Shown: positions 26,786 through 36,654 of the stretch, piece after piece | Numbering within the stretch: position 1 is the stretch's first letter | How the letters are laid out: each line of letters begins with the position of its first letter | Assembly (NCBI GenBank): GCA_049976845.1 | Contig: JBMFHL010000005.1 | Location: forward strand, 1 to 37,520 | Source of the DNA: Candidatus Micrarchaeia archaeon | Lineage (GTDB): Archaea > Micrarchaeota > Micrarchaeia > Micrarchaeales > CABMGC01 | Direction of reading: 5' to 3' | Length of the DNA stretch: 37,520 nt | Position numbers and translations under genes: made by a program | Notes under the pieces: generated by a model | The model's database searches: none | What the model was told of the DNA's origin: nothing | What the model saw: the letters and a program-made list of their open reading frames with translations, nothing else

Positions 26786-27856
26786 ATGAGAATAATACTC
26801 CTGCTTGATATGGACTATTTCTATGCTGCATGCGAGGAGCTAAGGAATCCTGACATAAAAGACAAGCCTGTTGTTGTCGGAGCGGATCCTAAGAACGGCG
26901 CAGGCAGGGGTGTGGTGAGCACATGCAACTACATAGCAAGAAAATATGGAATAAGGAGCGGCATGCCAATCTCAACAGCATATAGGCTTAAAAAAGACGC
27001 AGTATATTTGCCTCTTGACGAAAAATACTATGAAGAAATATCTGCGAAAATAATTGCCGAGCTCAGGAATTTCGCAACAAAGCTAGAGCAGGTAAGCATA
27101 GACGAGGCGTTTCTTGACATATCAAATATTGTCAGTAACTATGACGATGCTATTATATATGCGCAAAAAATCAAGAGTGCGATAGCATCGAAGTTCATGC
27201 TGCCGTGCTCTATAGGCATAAGCACAAGCAAGCTCATCGCAAAGATGGCATGTGAGTCGGCAAAGCCTAACGGGATAAAGCTTGTAAAGGAAGAAGAATC
27301 AAAAGCATTCCTTGCCCCTCTTCCTATAAGCAAGCTCTATGGCGTAGGGATTAAAAGTGCCGAGAAGCTAAAGGCAATGGGCTTCAACACAATAGGAGAT
27401 CTCGCTAATGCAAGCAAGCAGCTGCTGATAAAAGAGTTTGGCTCATTTGGCTTGGAAATATACGAGCACGCAAATGGCATAGACAACGAGGAAGTGGTAG
27501 AGAGCTACGAGACAAAGTCAATAAGTAGGGAGCACACGTTCGAATATGATACGGATTCCTTGGACGAAATAGGCAAAGGTATCATTGGGCTTGCAGACGA
27601 GGTTATGGAAGAAGTGAAAAAGCAAGGGTTCTTCTTCAAAACGGTCACGCTCAAGCTGAGAAATGAGAGGTTTGAAGAGCACCTGCATAGCAAAAACCTC
27701 GGCTACTACACGCAAGATACAGACAGGCTGAAAAAAGCTGCAACGCAGCTGCTTGAAAGAAATGTTAGTGATGAAAAGATAAGGAAGATAGGGCTCAGGG
27801 TTTCAAGCCTTATAAAAAGCTCAGGCCAAAAGAAAATTTATGATTACCTAAATTAA
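26786..27856 (+). CDS. dinB: DNA polymerase IV (Y-family DinB/Dbh)
   Basis: LDMDYFYAACE, CNYIARKYGIRSGMP, SIDEAFLD, AKPNG and LYGVG; start may be 26768-26786. Confidence 0.95.
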   Translation: MRIILLLDMDYFYAACEELRNPDIKDKPVVVGADPKNGAGRGVVSTCNYIARKYGIRSGMPISTAYRLKKDAVYLPLDEKYYEEISAKIIAELRNFATKLEQVSIDEAFLDISNIVSNYDDAIIYAQKIKSAIASKFMLPCSIGISTSKLIAKMACESAKPNGIKLVKEEESKAFLAPLPISKLYGVGIKSAEKLKAMGFNTIGDLANASKQLLIKEFGSFGLEIYEHANGIDNEEVVESYETKSISREHTFEYDTDSLDEIGKGIIGLADEVMEEVKKQGFFFKTVTLKLRNERFEEHLHSKNLGYYTQDTDRLKKAATQLLERNVSDEKIRKIGLRVSSLIKSSGQKKIYDYLN

Positions 27857-27884
27857 TTTTTACTCTTATTCTAGGCTGCTCTGA

Positions 27885-28826
27885 CTACTGCTGATTTTTG
27901 CCGCCTTCATATTTCAATTTGCTTAAGTAATCCCTTACCATAAGCGCAGCCTTTACCCCGCTCGCAGCAGCCGTTGCCGCCTGTCTATAAACTCTGTCTG
28001 CAACGTCGCCAGCAACATAAATCCCTTCGATCTCTGTTTTTACTTCGTCTGTCGCGATTATATAGCCTTGCTCATCGAGCTTGAGCTGATCCTTGAATAC
28101 GTTTGTATTCGGCGAATAGCCTATAGCAACGAAAACACCGTCTATTGGCATTTCAGTAGTTTCGTTTGTAACTATATTCTTTAGCCTGACCCCAGTTACC
28201 TTTGCATCACCCTTTACCTCTTCCACAACGCTGTTCCAGACAAATTTTATCTTCTCATTGCTAAATGCCCTCTCCTGCATTATCTTGCTTGCCCTCAATG
28301 CGTCGCGCCTGTGCACGATTGTCACACTACTGGCAAATTTGGTGAGGAAGATTGCATCTTCTAATGCCGTATCGCCTCCTCCAACAACAATAACATTCTT
28401 GTTCTTGAAGAAAGGCGCATCGCATGTGGCGCAGCTGCTGACGCCCCTTCCTATAAACTTCTTCTCAGACTCGATGCCAAGCCATTTCGCAGAAGCGCCA
28501 GTTGCAACTATAATAGAATTGGCTTCATAAAGCTGCTCTCCGACCCATACCTTGAACGGCCTTGCAGAAAAATCAACCCTGCTCACATCTCCATCAACAA
28601 ATTTTGTTCCGAATTTTTCAGCCTGTTTCCTCATTAAATCTATTAGCTCTGAACCTTCAACGCCTTCAGGAAAGCCTGGGAAATTCTCAACAGTAGTAGT
28701 TAGAAGAAGCTGCCCTCCAGCATTTAATCCGCTTACTAATACAGGCTTGAAGTCTTCTCTTGCAGCGTATATTGCCGCGCTCAAGCCCGCAGGCCCTGAT
28801 CCAATTATTATTAAGTCTTCAACCAC
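27885..28826 (-). CDS. trxB: Thioredoxin reductase
   Basis: IIGSGPAGLSAA, GGQL, CATCD, GGGDTA, HRRD and AGDV; probable GTG start at 28826. Confidence 0.95.
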   Translation of the reverse strand: MVEDLIIIGSGPAGLSAAIYAAREDFKPVLVSGLNAGGQLLLTTTVENFPGFPEGVEGSELIDLMRKQAEKFGTKFVDGDVSRVDFSARPFKVWVGEQLYEANSIIVATGASAKWLGIESEKKFIGRGVSSCATCDAPFFKNKNVIVVGGGDTALEDAIFLTKFASSVTIVHRRDALRASKIMQERAFSNEKIKFVWNSVVEEVKGDAKVTGVRLKNIVTNETTEMPIDGVFVAIGYSPNTNVFKDQLKLDEQGYIIATDEVKTEIEGIYVAGDVADRVYRQAATAAASGVKAALMVRDYLSKLKYEGGKNQQ

Positions 28827-28895
28827 AGAAATCACTATAATATATTGTAGGTGAAGTATAAAAAGTTTAACAAGCAAAAGCAATTAGGCGACTTG

Positions 28896-29876
28896 ATGGA
28901 TCTGAATCTGGGAGGGCGCAGCATTGCATTAGATTCAAGCAGCAGAAATGCTAATACTTTTTTTGTCTCGCATGCACACAGTGACCATACAAGCGGCGTG
29001 CACAAAGGAAAAGAAATACTCGCAAGCGAGGAGACAATAGAGCTTCTCAAGGCTAGGAAAAGCATTGAGCTAAAAAGGCAGGCACCCCCAAACGGCTTCG
29101 AGCTTATAGACTCTGGGCACATCCTCGGCTCAAAGCAGCTTTACATAAATTCAGATGATTTGGGCTATTCCATAGTGTACACTGGCGATTACCAGCTGCA
29201 AAAGACATGCGTTGCCCAAGGGATAGAGATAAAGCACGCTGACATTGCATTAATAGATTCGACATATCCGTATCTAAAGGTTAGGTTTGATGAAAGGGAG
29301 GAAGTAGAAGAGGCAATAAGGGTGTTTGCAAACAGGAAGCTGGAGCAAGGTATAGTGCTTTTCGGCGCATATTCTCTTGGAAAGGCGCAGGAGATCATAA
29401 AGATACTCAATAAAGACAACATATTGCCGGTAGTCGACAAGAATATAAGTGCAATAAATACTGTGTATAAAAAATTTGGTATAGAATTGGAATACGCTTC
29501 AGTATATGAGGATGAAAACCTCTTCAAGGAGGTAACGAGGGGTAATTTTGCAGGCATAGTAAGCATGAATAATCTTAATGATCTTAAGATAGCACTAGCA
29601 GGCATGCACAATAAGAGAATCTTTACTGCAGTCGCAACAGGCTTTGCAAAAATTTCTAAATTTAATACAGATGTGCAGTTTCCGCTGAGCGACCACGCAG
29701 ACATATACCAGGCTGCAGAATACATAGAGAGGAGCGGCGCAAAGCACGTATACGCATATGGTTCTGGTGCAAGCGAGATGGTAAACAATTTAAATAAGAT
29801 GGGCTATGATGCAAAAGTTTTTGGAGAGATGAGGCTGCTTCAGGTGGAGGGGGAGTTAGCTTCAAAAAACAAATAG
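28896..29876 (+). CDS. Metallo-beta-lactamase/beta-CASP-type nuclease
   Basis: SHAHSDH, SGHILGS, YTGD, DSTY, YSLGKAQE and LSDHAD. Confidence 0.88.
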   Translation: MDLNLGGRSIALDSSSRNANTFFVSHAHSDHTSGVHKGKEILASEETIELLKARKSIELKRQAPPNGFELIDSGHILGSKQLYINSDDLGYSIVYTGDYQLQKTCVAQGIEIKHADIALIDSTYPYLKVRFDEREEVEEAIRVFANRKLEQGIVLFGAYSLGKAQEIIKILNKDNILPVVDKNISAINTVYKKFGIELEYASVYEDENLFKEVTRGNFAGIVSMNNLNDLKIALAGMHNKRIFTAVATGFAKISKFNTDVQFPLSDHADIYQAAEYIERSGAKHVYAYGSGASEMVNNLNKMGYDAKVFGEMRLLQVEGELASKNK

Positions 29877-29957
29877 CAGAGCGAAAGCGCAAATGCCTAA
29901 ATATTTGCCTATTCGTGGCGAACACGATTTTGTGAAATAGACGCAATGCCCTTTCCG

Positions 29958-31424
29958 CTATGATAGAAGCTTGTCCAATGCGGGATAGCCTTCCAGCATG
30001 TGCTGCTGCTCCAGCTGCTGGTATACCATGTACATTATGCCCACAGTAAGCAGTATGCCCATGCCCGTTCCTATTGCTCCAGTAAGCGTAGCCAACGCTG
30101 CAAGCAATGCAACAACAATGCTACCAAGCACTGTTATTGTGGGTATATACTTATTTAGCACGCTCTCCACAATCCTAGGATCTCTCCTGAATCCAGGTAT
30201 CTGCCAGCCCACATCCTGAAGCTGTTCTGCAACTTTCTTTGGGCTCTGGCCTGTCATCTCTACCCAGAACTTGCCGAAGATTATACACAATATTATGAGA
30301 ACTCCAGTGTAGACTATTATATGTATCCATTCAGGAACAAGCACGAAGCCTCCCCAAGGCAAAAACAGCTGCGTTGTGTGTGTAGCAAGATATGTGAAAT
30401 AGGTGGAGTAGCCTCCTATACCTCCATATTGTGCAGCATAAGGCATTGGAAAATTGGGTGATATTAGGTAAATAAGGCCGCCGTTGAGATCTAATGTTGT
30501 GCCAGCGCCGCTTGCGACAGGGCTATATAATGCAATGAATTTTGCGAGATTGGCAAAGCTTCCGCCTACGCCATAGAGGAACCGGAACCACACTGTCATG
30601 CTGAGCTCGAAAGATGTTGCAAGTATAACAGGAAGAACGCTCACGTAAAGGAATGGCAATGGCAATCTGCCACCTACGCCCCTGAACTGGCTGAATACTA
30701 AAGGCAATTCTACTTTCATGTCATATATGTAAACGCTTACCAGGAAGACTATCGCCGCAAAGAGCAAAGGCCCGAATGCCATTATTGCATTGGGTATTGC
30801 TGCCGCGCCTCCGCTTACTATAGCGTTCACCGCTTCAGGAAACAGTATGGATATTGTTCCAGCGATTATTGAATATGCAACGCCCCCGGCAATGAAAAGG
30901 TTTATGCCAGAGGTTAGACCATATTTTGTCATCATCTCGTCAAGGAAAACTACAGTTATGGCTCCTATTGCCAATTGCACAACAACAAGCCAGAAGAAGG
31001 ACATGTTGGTTATTGGCACGAAGCCCGTTGCGGAGAAAACATATGCTTCTACAACTGCGATTATTATGGCAGACATCTTCTGTATGCCCTGGAACCTGCC
31101 TTTTTGCTCGGGGTCATTTGTATCCAGTTTTATTATTCCTGATCCCATAAGCAACTGCAGAAGTATGCTTGCAAGCACTATAGGGCCTATGCCTACAGTT
31201 ATAAGGCTGCCTATACGCGCTGCAAAAACTATGCTTATAAGCTGGTAAAGCCCGCTCCTTATTGTAAGCAGGTTTACTCCGACAGCAGGTATGCTAAACA
31301 TAAGAAAATAGACAAGCATTATGAGCCCAGTCCACTTGAGCTTGTCCTTGAAGGTAAGTGGGCTTGACGGCTTCTTTATTGAAGGTATGAGCCTTAATAT
31401 TGGGTCTAGCTTTTCAAGTGCCAT
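29958..31424 (-). CDS. secY: Preprotein translocase subunit SecY
   Basis: KLKWT, GIGPIV, LDEMMTKYGLTSGINLFIAG, IPGFRRDPR and GMGILLTV. Confidence 0.96.
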   Translation of the reverse strand: MALEKLDPILRLIPSIKKPSSPLTFKDKLKWTGLIMLVYFLMFSIPAVGVNLLTIRSGLYQLISIVFAARIGSLITVGIGPIVLASILLQLLMGSGIIKLDTNDPEQKGRFQGIQKMSAIIIAVVEAYVFSATGFVPITNMSFFWLVVVQLAIGAITVVFLDEMMTKYGLTSGINLFIAGGVAYSIIAGTISILFPEAVNAIVSGGAAAIPNAIMAFGPLLFAAIVFLVSVYIYDMKVELPLVFSQFRGVGGRLPLPFLYVSVLPVILATSFELSMTVWFRFLYGVGGSFANLAKFIALYSPVASGAGTTLDLNGGLIYLISPNFPMPYAAQYGGIGGYSTYFTYLATHTTQLFLPWGGFVLVPEWIHIIVYTGVLIILCIIFGKFWVEMTGQSPKKVAEQLQDVGWQIPGFRRDPRIVESVLNKYIPTITVLGSIVVALLAALATLTGAIGTGMGILLTVGIMYMVYQQLEQQHMLEGYPALDKLLS

Positions 31425-31497
31425 AATATCAGCAAGCAGAGATTATAGAATTCTTGTATCTTTTATATTTATATTATATTCCTTTTTAGCTTTTCCC

Positions 31498-32661
31498 TTA
31501 TTGTGCTGGTGAAAGCACAACAGTATAAGTATGGTTCTTGTCAAGCTTCTGTGACATCTCAACGCCATGCTTCTTGTCGCTGCTTACTGCGCCTGCAAAC
31601 AGTGCAGAGGAAATATCAACAAAACCTCGCACAGAGTTTAGCTCGTCGAAATGCAGCTTGAGCGCTGGTTCCGCGCTTCCTTTGCTCCTCGAGTCGACCT
31701 TCAATCCAAGCTGCGCTGCCATCTTCTCAAAAACCTCCTTGCTGCTTCCATAATTCTCGCGTATTTTCAATCCGGCAAGGTAAAAAAGCTTTGAAATCTC
31801 TTTAGCTATAGGATCCTTAGTCAGAGGCAGCATTGAAAGCATTAAAAATTCTTCAGAAACCTTGGCGCCATTGCTGTTGTAAATGCTGTTTGCCAAATTG
31901 TCTACAATATTTTTCAAGTCATAGCTAGTATAATAATTGCCTATTCTGAAAGCCCCTTCGGGCTTGGCAATGAACTGGCAACGAGAGCCGTTCGGCATGC
32001 CGCTTTCAGTCTCAACTACATTAATCATCTTTTTAGAGGTGGCGCTAAGATAACCGGCAATAATGCCAGATTCGTATACATGCATGCCTTTGCCAATACT
32101 CTGCTTATCCCCTGGTATTGCAGTTATCATTATCTTGTCTTCAAACGGGTAGTAAAGGACATTATTAAGGCCCGCAAATTCCAGAGTCTCAAGAAGCTTG
32201 TTTACTGTTCCATCTGATTTTGCATACAATTCCCTGCCAAAGGAGAAGCCCGACTTATAAGCAAGATCACGCAGAGTAGGAGTTGCGCTATACAATATAT
32301 CGTGCATAAGCGGCGCATTCAAAATATTCACCTTGCGCTCGAAGACCCTGTCCTCAAGCAGCTCTTCTAGGCTGTGGTGCAAAAGCACATTTTGCTTCTT
32401 TAACCTTTTATCTGCGCCTCCAGCTTTTCTAGCGGCATGAGCCTCTATTGCCCTATATTGAGGCTTCCTTTTAGTGGCATGCTGAGAACTATTCCTATAA
32501 ATCTTCTTTGATTTAACATTCTCAAGCTTCCGAGTTTCAGGCAAATGCCTTCTCCTTTCAGAAGCTCTAGGGTGTTTTGCTGCGCTTTTTTTACTCCTCC
32601 TTCTTGCATCAGCACTCTTAGAATTACCAACAAACCTCTTCCTCTTCCTTATCGTCGCCAT
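31498..32661 (-). CDS. V4R-domain protein with a long Lys/Arg-rich N-terminus
   Basis: YKSGFSFGREL...HVYESGIIAGYLS...VVETES...RCQF; a second, weaker V4R-like repeat follows. Confidence 0.65.
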   Translation of the reverse strand: MATIRKRKRFVGNSKSADARRRSKKSAAKHPRASERRRHLPETRKLENVKSKKIYRNSSQHATKRKPQYRAIEAHAARKAGGADKRLKKQNVLLHHSLEELLEDRVFERKVNILNAPLMHDILYSATPTLRDLAYKSGFSFGRELYAKSDGTVNKLLETLEFAGLNNVLYYPFEDKIMITAIPGDKQSIGKGMHVYESGIIAGYLSATSKKMINVVETESGMPNGSRCQFIAKPEGAFRIGNYYTSYDLKNIVDNLANSIYNSNGAKVSEEFLMLSMLPLTKDPIAKEISKLFYLAGLKIRENYGSSKEVFEKMAAQLGLKVDSRSKGSAEPALKLHFDELNSVRGFVDISSALFAGAVSSDKKHGVEMSQKLDKNHTYTVVLSPAQ

Positions 32662-32737
32662 AGGCTCGCCTTAGGTCCTGGGTCCTCGAAACTAATTGGA
32701 TACAAAAATAGATAAATTTATCTTTGCAAGCTTAGCA

Positions 32738-33778
32738 TCAGCTTTCATTGACGCTGCCGGAGTTCTGCGATACTGAATAATAATTCTCGAATTTTACAGA
32801 ATTTCTGTAAAGCTGCTCGTATCTCTCTTTCGCGTCGCGCATGTTCATCTTCAGCACGTGCTCGCTCTTCTTGTTTATTATGTTCAACGGCGGTATCTTA
32901 AATGCATCTTTGTTGTCGAACATCAACCTCTCGTGCTGCTCCCTTGCTGCATCGTCATTCATTATCCTGAGCTCTATCTCGATGTTGCTTTTTGCAAGTT
33001 CCGCCTTGAGGTCATTGTAGTTATTTGAAAAGCCTTTGTCAAGCATCTCCTTCGAAGTAATTATCCTTACTGCAGTCAGGTTTCCTAGATAAGGGCTTAT
33101 GAGCCTATACAAGTTTGCCATCGATGTTGAATTGAAGTGCTTGTCAATTATGCGCAGGTTGCCGCTTAGCTTCGAGAAGAGCCTATCTTGCAATTCCAAA
33201 ACATTAGCGTATGGTGTAGAAGGGTCTATTTCTATGGCAAGCCTCCTTATCTGCCTGGCAATTTGTGGCCTGCGCAGCTCGTAAAACAGATATGAATCTA
33301 TTATAAAGCATGCGGCTATGCCTGAAACTGAAAGCACAGTATAAAACAGGACGTTGCTTATGCTGAAGCTTGTAGAAATTAGCAGATAAAGCAGCATAAA
33401 CAATGCTATTACAAATGCATGCATATACAGGTACCTTTTACTTTCCCTATTCTTTACGGACTGCCTCATTATGAGCATGAATGCAAGCCCCTCAGCCGTT
33501 ATGGCAAGCACGAAAAGCAGGTAACTCTCAAGTATGCTTGTGTATATGTGCGAAAGCTCGCTCACAGCAGGCTGCATTATTGCCGTGACATTCATCTTGT
33601 CTGCGGCGCTTTGTATATATGCGCCAACGCCAGTGCCATATGCTATGGAAAGTAGTTGTACGCTGAAGATTGCTGAAAGCATAAGCACAATGGAGAATAC
33701 ATTGAGCAGCACTAATGCTATAACATGCTTGTCTTCACGCTCCTTCATAGCTGCATTTTCAGCATTAGTCCCCTCCAT
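32738..33778 (-). CDS. Membrane protein (about 4 TM) with a C-terminal PLD-like fold domain
   Basis: N-terminal hydrophobic helices; C-terminal LRIIDKHF, VRIITS, IELRIM and QHERLMFD. Confidence 0.6.
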   Translation of the reverse strand: MEGTNAENAAMKEREDKHVIALVLLNVFSIVLMLSAIFSVQLLSIAYGTGVGAYIQSAADKMNVTAIMQPAVSELSHIYTSILESYLLFVLAITAEGLAFMLIMRQSVKNRESKRYLYMHAFVIALFMLLYLLISTSFSISNVLFYTVLSVSGIAACFIIDSYLFYELRRPQIARQIRRLAIEIDPSTPYANVLELQDRLFSKLSGNLRIIDKHFNSTSMANLYRLISPYLGNLTAVRIITSKEMLDKGFSNNYNDLKAELAKSNIEIELRIMNDDAAREQHERLMFDNKDAFKIPPLNIINKKSEHVLKMNMRDAKERYEQLYRNSVKFENYYSVSQNSGSVNES

Positions 33779-33822
33779 ATTAACAATTATAATGAGCATC
33801 AAGCTTTAAGTTTTATCTTTTT

Positions 33823-35154
33823 CTACTGTTTTTCTGAGCCTATTCCGCTCCTCTCCCTTGCCCTGTTTGCAATATCCTCTGCATTTCCTACAGCATCTGC
33901 CTTTTCGTCATGCAACTGCCTATTCTCAAATGCTTCAAGGTGCTCTGATATCAGCTTCTCGGCTTCGTCAGTCTTGCCTATGCAAACAAGCACATCCTCT
34001 CCTTCTTCTTTTGCCCCAATTACATCCCTTATGAATTCGATCTCCTCTTTGTTTGCGTAGCCTTTCACATCCTTGGTTGTGAATGCAATGCATCCATACC
34101 TATTTGCATCCTGTATGTCAAAGCCCTTACCTACCTTCACCGCAAGCGCACGCCCATTAGCGCCAATTGCATTTGCAATTTCATTGTTCCTGCTGTTTAT
34201 GAATGCGCCGCTTATGTCAAACAGCGCTGTATTCTTGTGCTTTGCCTCCTTGGTCCTGTATGAAGGCGCCTGCTTTGCATAGTGCTGCTGTATAACTAAT
34301 GCAAGTATTATGAAAGCAAAAGAGTATGCGTAGTAAATGTAGAATTTTGTTCCAATAAGCAGGTAGGAAAAGATTATTGTGAGCACAGGAGTGGCATACA
34401 TTGAGTTTGCAACGAGCAGCGGATTAAACATCTTTAGCGTGTAGAAGAACATCAACGCGCCGAGCGAATAGGTTATACCACCTAGGAAAAGGAACGATAT
34501 TATAGAATACGAATTCATAGCAGCAAACGGAATATGCATCAAAAGCATAATTGCGCCTATAAATATGAAAGAGCTTATATTGAATACAAAAACCTGGCCG
34601 AATATGTCACCATTCCTCCCCCTGATTATTATATTTGATAAAGCTGTTGCAAGTGTTGATACTATGGCAATTCCTATAAAATACAATCCAGTGGTATTGG
34701 TTATAATTGCATTGCCAGAGGAGGCAAGAAGATAAACCCCCGCGAATCCTGATGCAAGCGCAAGCAGCTGGCCCTTTGAAACCTTCATTCTGAGTGTAAA
34801 TGGCAGCATTAAAGCCATAAACAGCGGCCAGAGCTTGGATATCAATCCTATAATAATGGGATTTGAGCCATGCACTGCAATAGTGAGAAAAAGCATCGCA
34901 ACAGCATAGTTGAGGAGGCCTGCAATTACTATAATTGTGAGATTGCTCTTGTTGCTGGCAAGCCTGACAAGTCCATCGGCTCTTTTGGCAAGCAGCAATG
35001 CTGCAAAAGAAACAGCGCTGCTTGTAAGGAATACAAAAAAGAGGAGCTGCAATATGCCTATGTTTGCTGCGCCTATGCTTGAAACCACAGGCAGCAGCGA
35101 AAGCTCTATGACTGCGAGTATTATAAGAACATAGCCCTTGCTCTTGAATTTCAT
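33823..35154 (-). CDS. EamA/DMT-family transporter with a soluble C-terminal extension
   Basis: About 10 TM helices in two repeats (LWPLFMALM...LRMKV; TPVLTIIFSYLLIG), then about 150 hydrophilic residues. Confidence 0.8.
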   Translation of the reverse strand: MKFKSKGYVLIILAVIELSLLPVVSSIGAANIGILQLLFFVFLTSSAVSFAALLLAKRADGLVRLASNKSNLTIIVIAGLLNYAVAMLFLTIAVHGSNPIIIGLISKLWPLFMALMLPFTLRMKVSKGQLLALASGFAGVYLLASSGNAIITNTTGLYFIGIAIVSTLATALSNIIIRGRNGDIFGQVFVFNISSFIFIGAIMLLMHIPFAAMNSYSIISFLFLGGITYSLGALMFFYTLKMFNPLLVANSMYATPVLTIIFSYLLIGTKFYIYYAYSFAFIILALVIQQHYAKQAPSYRTKEAKHKNTALFDISGAFINSRNNEIANAIGANGRALAVKVGKGFDIQDANRYGCIAFTTKDVKGYANKEEIEFIRDVIGAKEEGEDVLVCIGKTDEAEKLISEHLEAFENRQLHDEKADAVGNAEDIANRARERSGIGSEKQ

Positions 35155-35288
35155 TCCTGCACCTTTAGCTTTTAGCTATTTGACTTATAATACAATTAAT
35201 AAAAAGGTAAGCTTTTTGCGAAATTAATTTGAAAAAAACTGTCAAAATGCGCAAATGTATATATAATTAGCATGTGCAATAGCAATGC

Positions 35289-36326
35289 ATGGAGCTATAC
35301 AATTATAGGGAGCGTGCAATAATGCGTGCATTGAGCGAGGACGCATCCGCATCGCTGAGCAGCCTCTCAAAAACGGCAAAGTGCTCTAGGGCAACAGTAA
35401 CGAGGATACTCAAAAGGCTCACCAAGGAATTCGGCATAAAATTCACCATTGAGCTAAATGACGATGCACTGGGATTTACGCAGAGGCACCTTATTGCGAT
35501 AAAGTTTGGCAAAGAGCCAAGCCGAAGCGAAATAGCAGATGCATTCAAAGATGACATATATTCCAGCAACATCTACCTGTGCAAAGGCGATTTCGACCTT
35601 CTGGTACAGGTTAGGTCAAACAACTCAATGGATTATATAGTGTGGGAAAGCCTTTTGCCAGGAAAGCTTGGCGATTTCAAGCCCAAAATATACCCAAGCG
35701 AGCTCATGCTGACAAACTTCGGCTACTTTCCAATAAGCCCGGAGCAGATAACAGCAATGGCAAGGAACCTGAATGCAAAGGACATTGGCATGCTGTCTCT
35801 CCTTGCGCAGAACAGCAGGATAAAGATGACAGCATTGGCAAAGAAGCTCGGCATAAACAGGACAACTGCAAATTACAGGCTGTTTTCTCTAAGAAAAGCC
35901 AACATTATAAAGAAATTTACAATATCAATAAACAAGCCGCCTAAAAACTACATAATAGCATACCTTGTAAACTATACCTTCAACAAAACCTCGCACATAA
36001 GATCGGTAAGAATGATGGAATACTACAAAAACTATGATGAGGAATTGCCAATAATGAACTCATTTTCCCTTCTCGCACCCATGAGCGGCAGCTACAGGTT
36101 CTTCGGCATGGGCGCTTTTGAGGACAGGAAAACAGCCATAAACTCTGCAATAAAAGCGCACATGCGCATTTTTGATAAAGAAGAAGTAAGCATAAAGCAC
36201 GCGCAAGTGGTTGCAGCAATAAAGGGCAGTTATCCTTTCAGGAACGTGGACATCAAAAAAGAGTATACCAGATTCCAGTGGAATACAGAGGGAAATAGTA
36301 TCAATATGACAAATTTTAACAAATAA
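35289..36326 (+). CDS. Tandem Lrp/AsnC-family transcriptional regulator
   Basis: Two HTHs (DASASLSSLSKTAKCSRATV; NSRIKMTALAKKLGINRTTA) and a RAM-like KGDFDLLV; divergent from the EamA gene. Confidence 0.85.
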   Translation: MELYNYRERAIMRALSEDASASLSSLSKTAKCSRATVTRILKRLTKEFGIKFTIELNDDALGFTQRHLIAIKFGKEPSRSEIADAFKDDIYSSNIYLCKGDFDLLVQVRSNNSMDYIVWESLLPGKLGDFKPKIYPSELMLTNFGYFPISPEQITAMARNLNAKDIGMLSLLAQNSRIKMTALAKKLGINRTTANYRLFSLRKANIIKKFTISINKPPKNYIIAYLVNYTFNKTSHIRSVRMMEYYKNYDEELPIMNSFSLLAPMSGSYRFFGMGAFEDRKTAINSAIKAHMRIFDKEEVSIKHAQVVAAIKGSYPFRNVDIKKEYTRFQWNTEGNSINMTNFNK

Positions 36327-36411
36327 ATCTGTCTTTTTAGAACCATTTAAATACCTAAATTGCAATATTATCCCTTGTTGATTTTGAAGGTTATAACACT
36401 ATAATGTTTAA

Positions 36412-36654
36412 ATGGGTTATATAATGAGCAATAATATATTCAGCATGGTGCGTAGCATGCTTAGTACTATTAATTATCCCCACTATGCTAATGATCCCCA
36501 TCATGTTATGCGCTACGCACCAATTAATATTAAATCCCAAAGCCGTGGTCCAGATTTAAATGCTGAAAAGTGCTATACATGCTGGTCCTGCGGAAGGGGA
36601 TTTTCAAATCCCGGCGATTTCCTCTGGCACATAAAAAGATGCGCAAAGGAATAA
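36412..36654 (+). CDS. Small C2H2/C2HC-type zinc-finger protein
   Basis: YTCWSCGRGFSNPGDFLWHIKRC. Confidence 0.6.
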   Translation: MGYIMSNNIFSMVRSMLSTINYPHYANDPHHVMRYAPINIKSQSRGPDLNAEKCYTCWSCGRGFSNPGDFLWHIKRCAKE

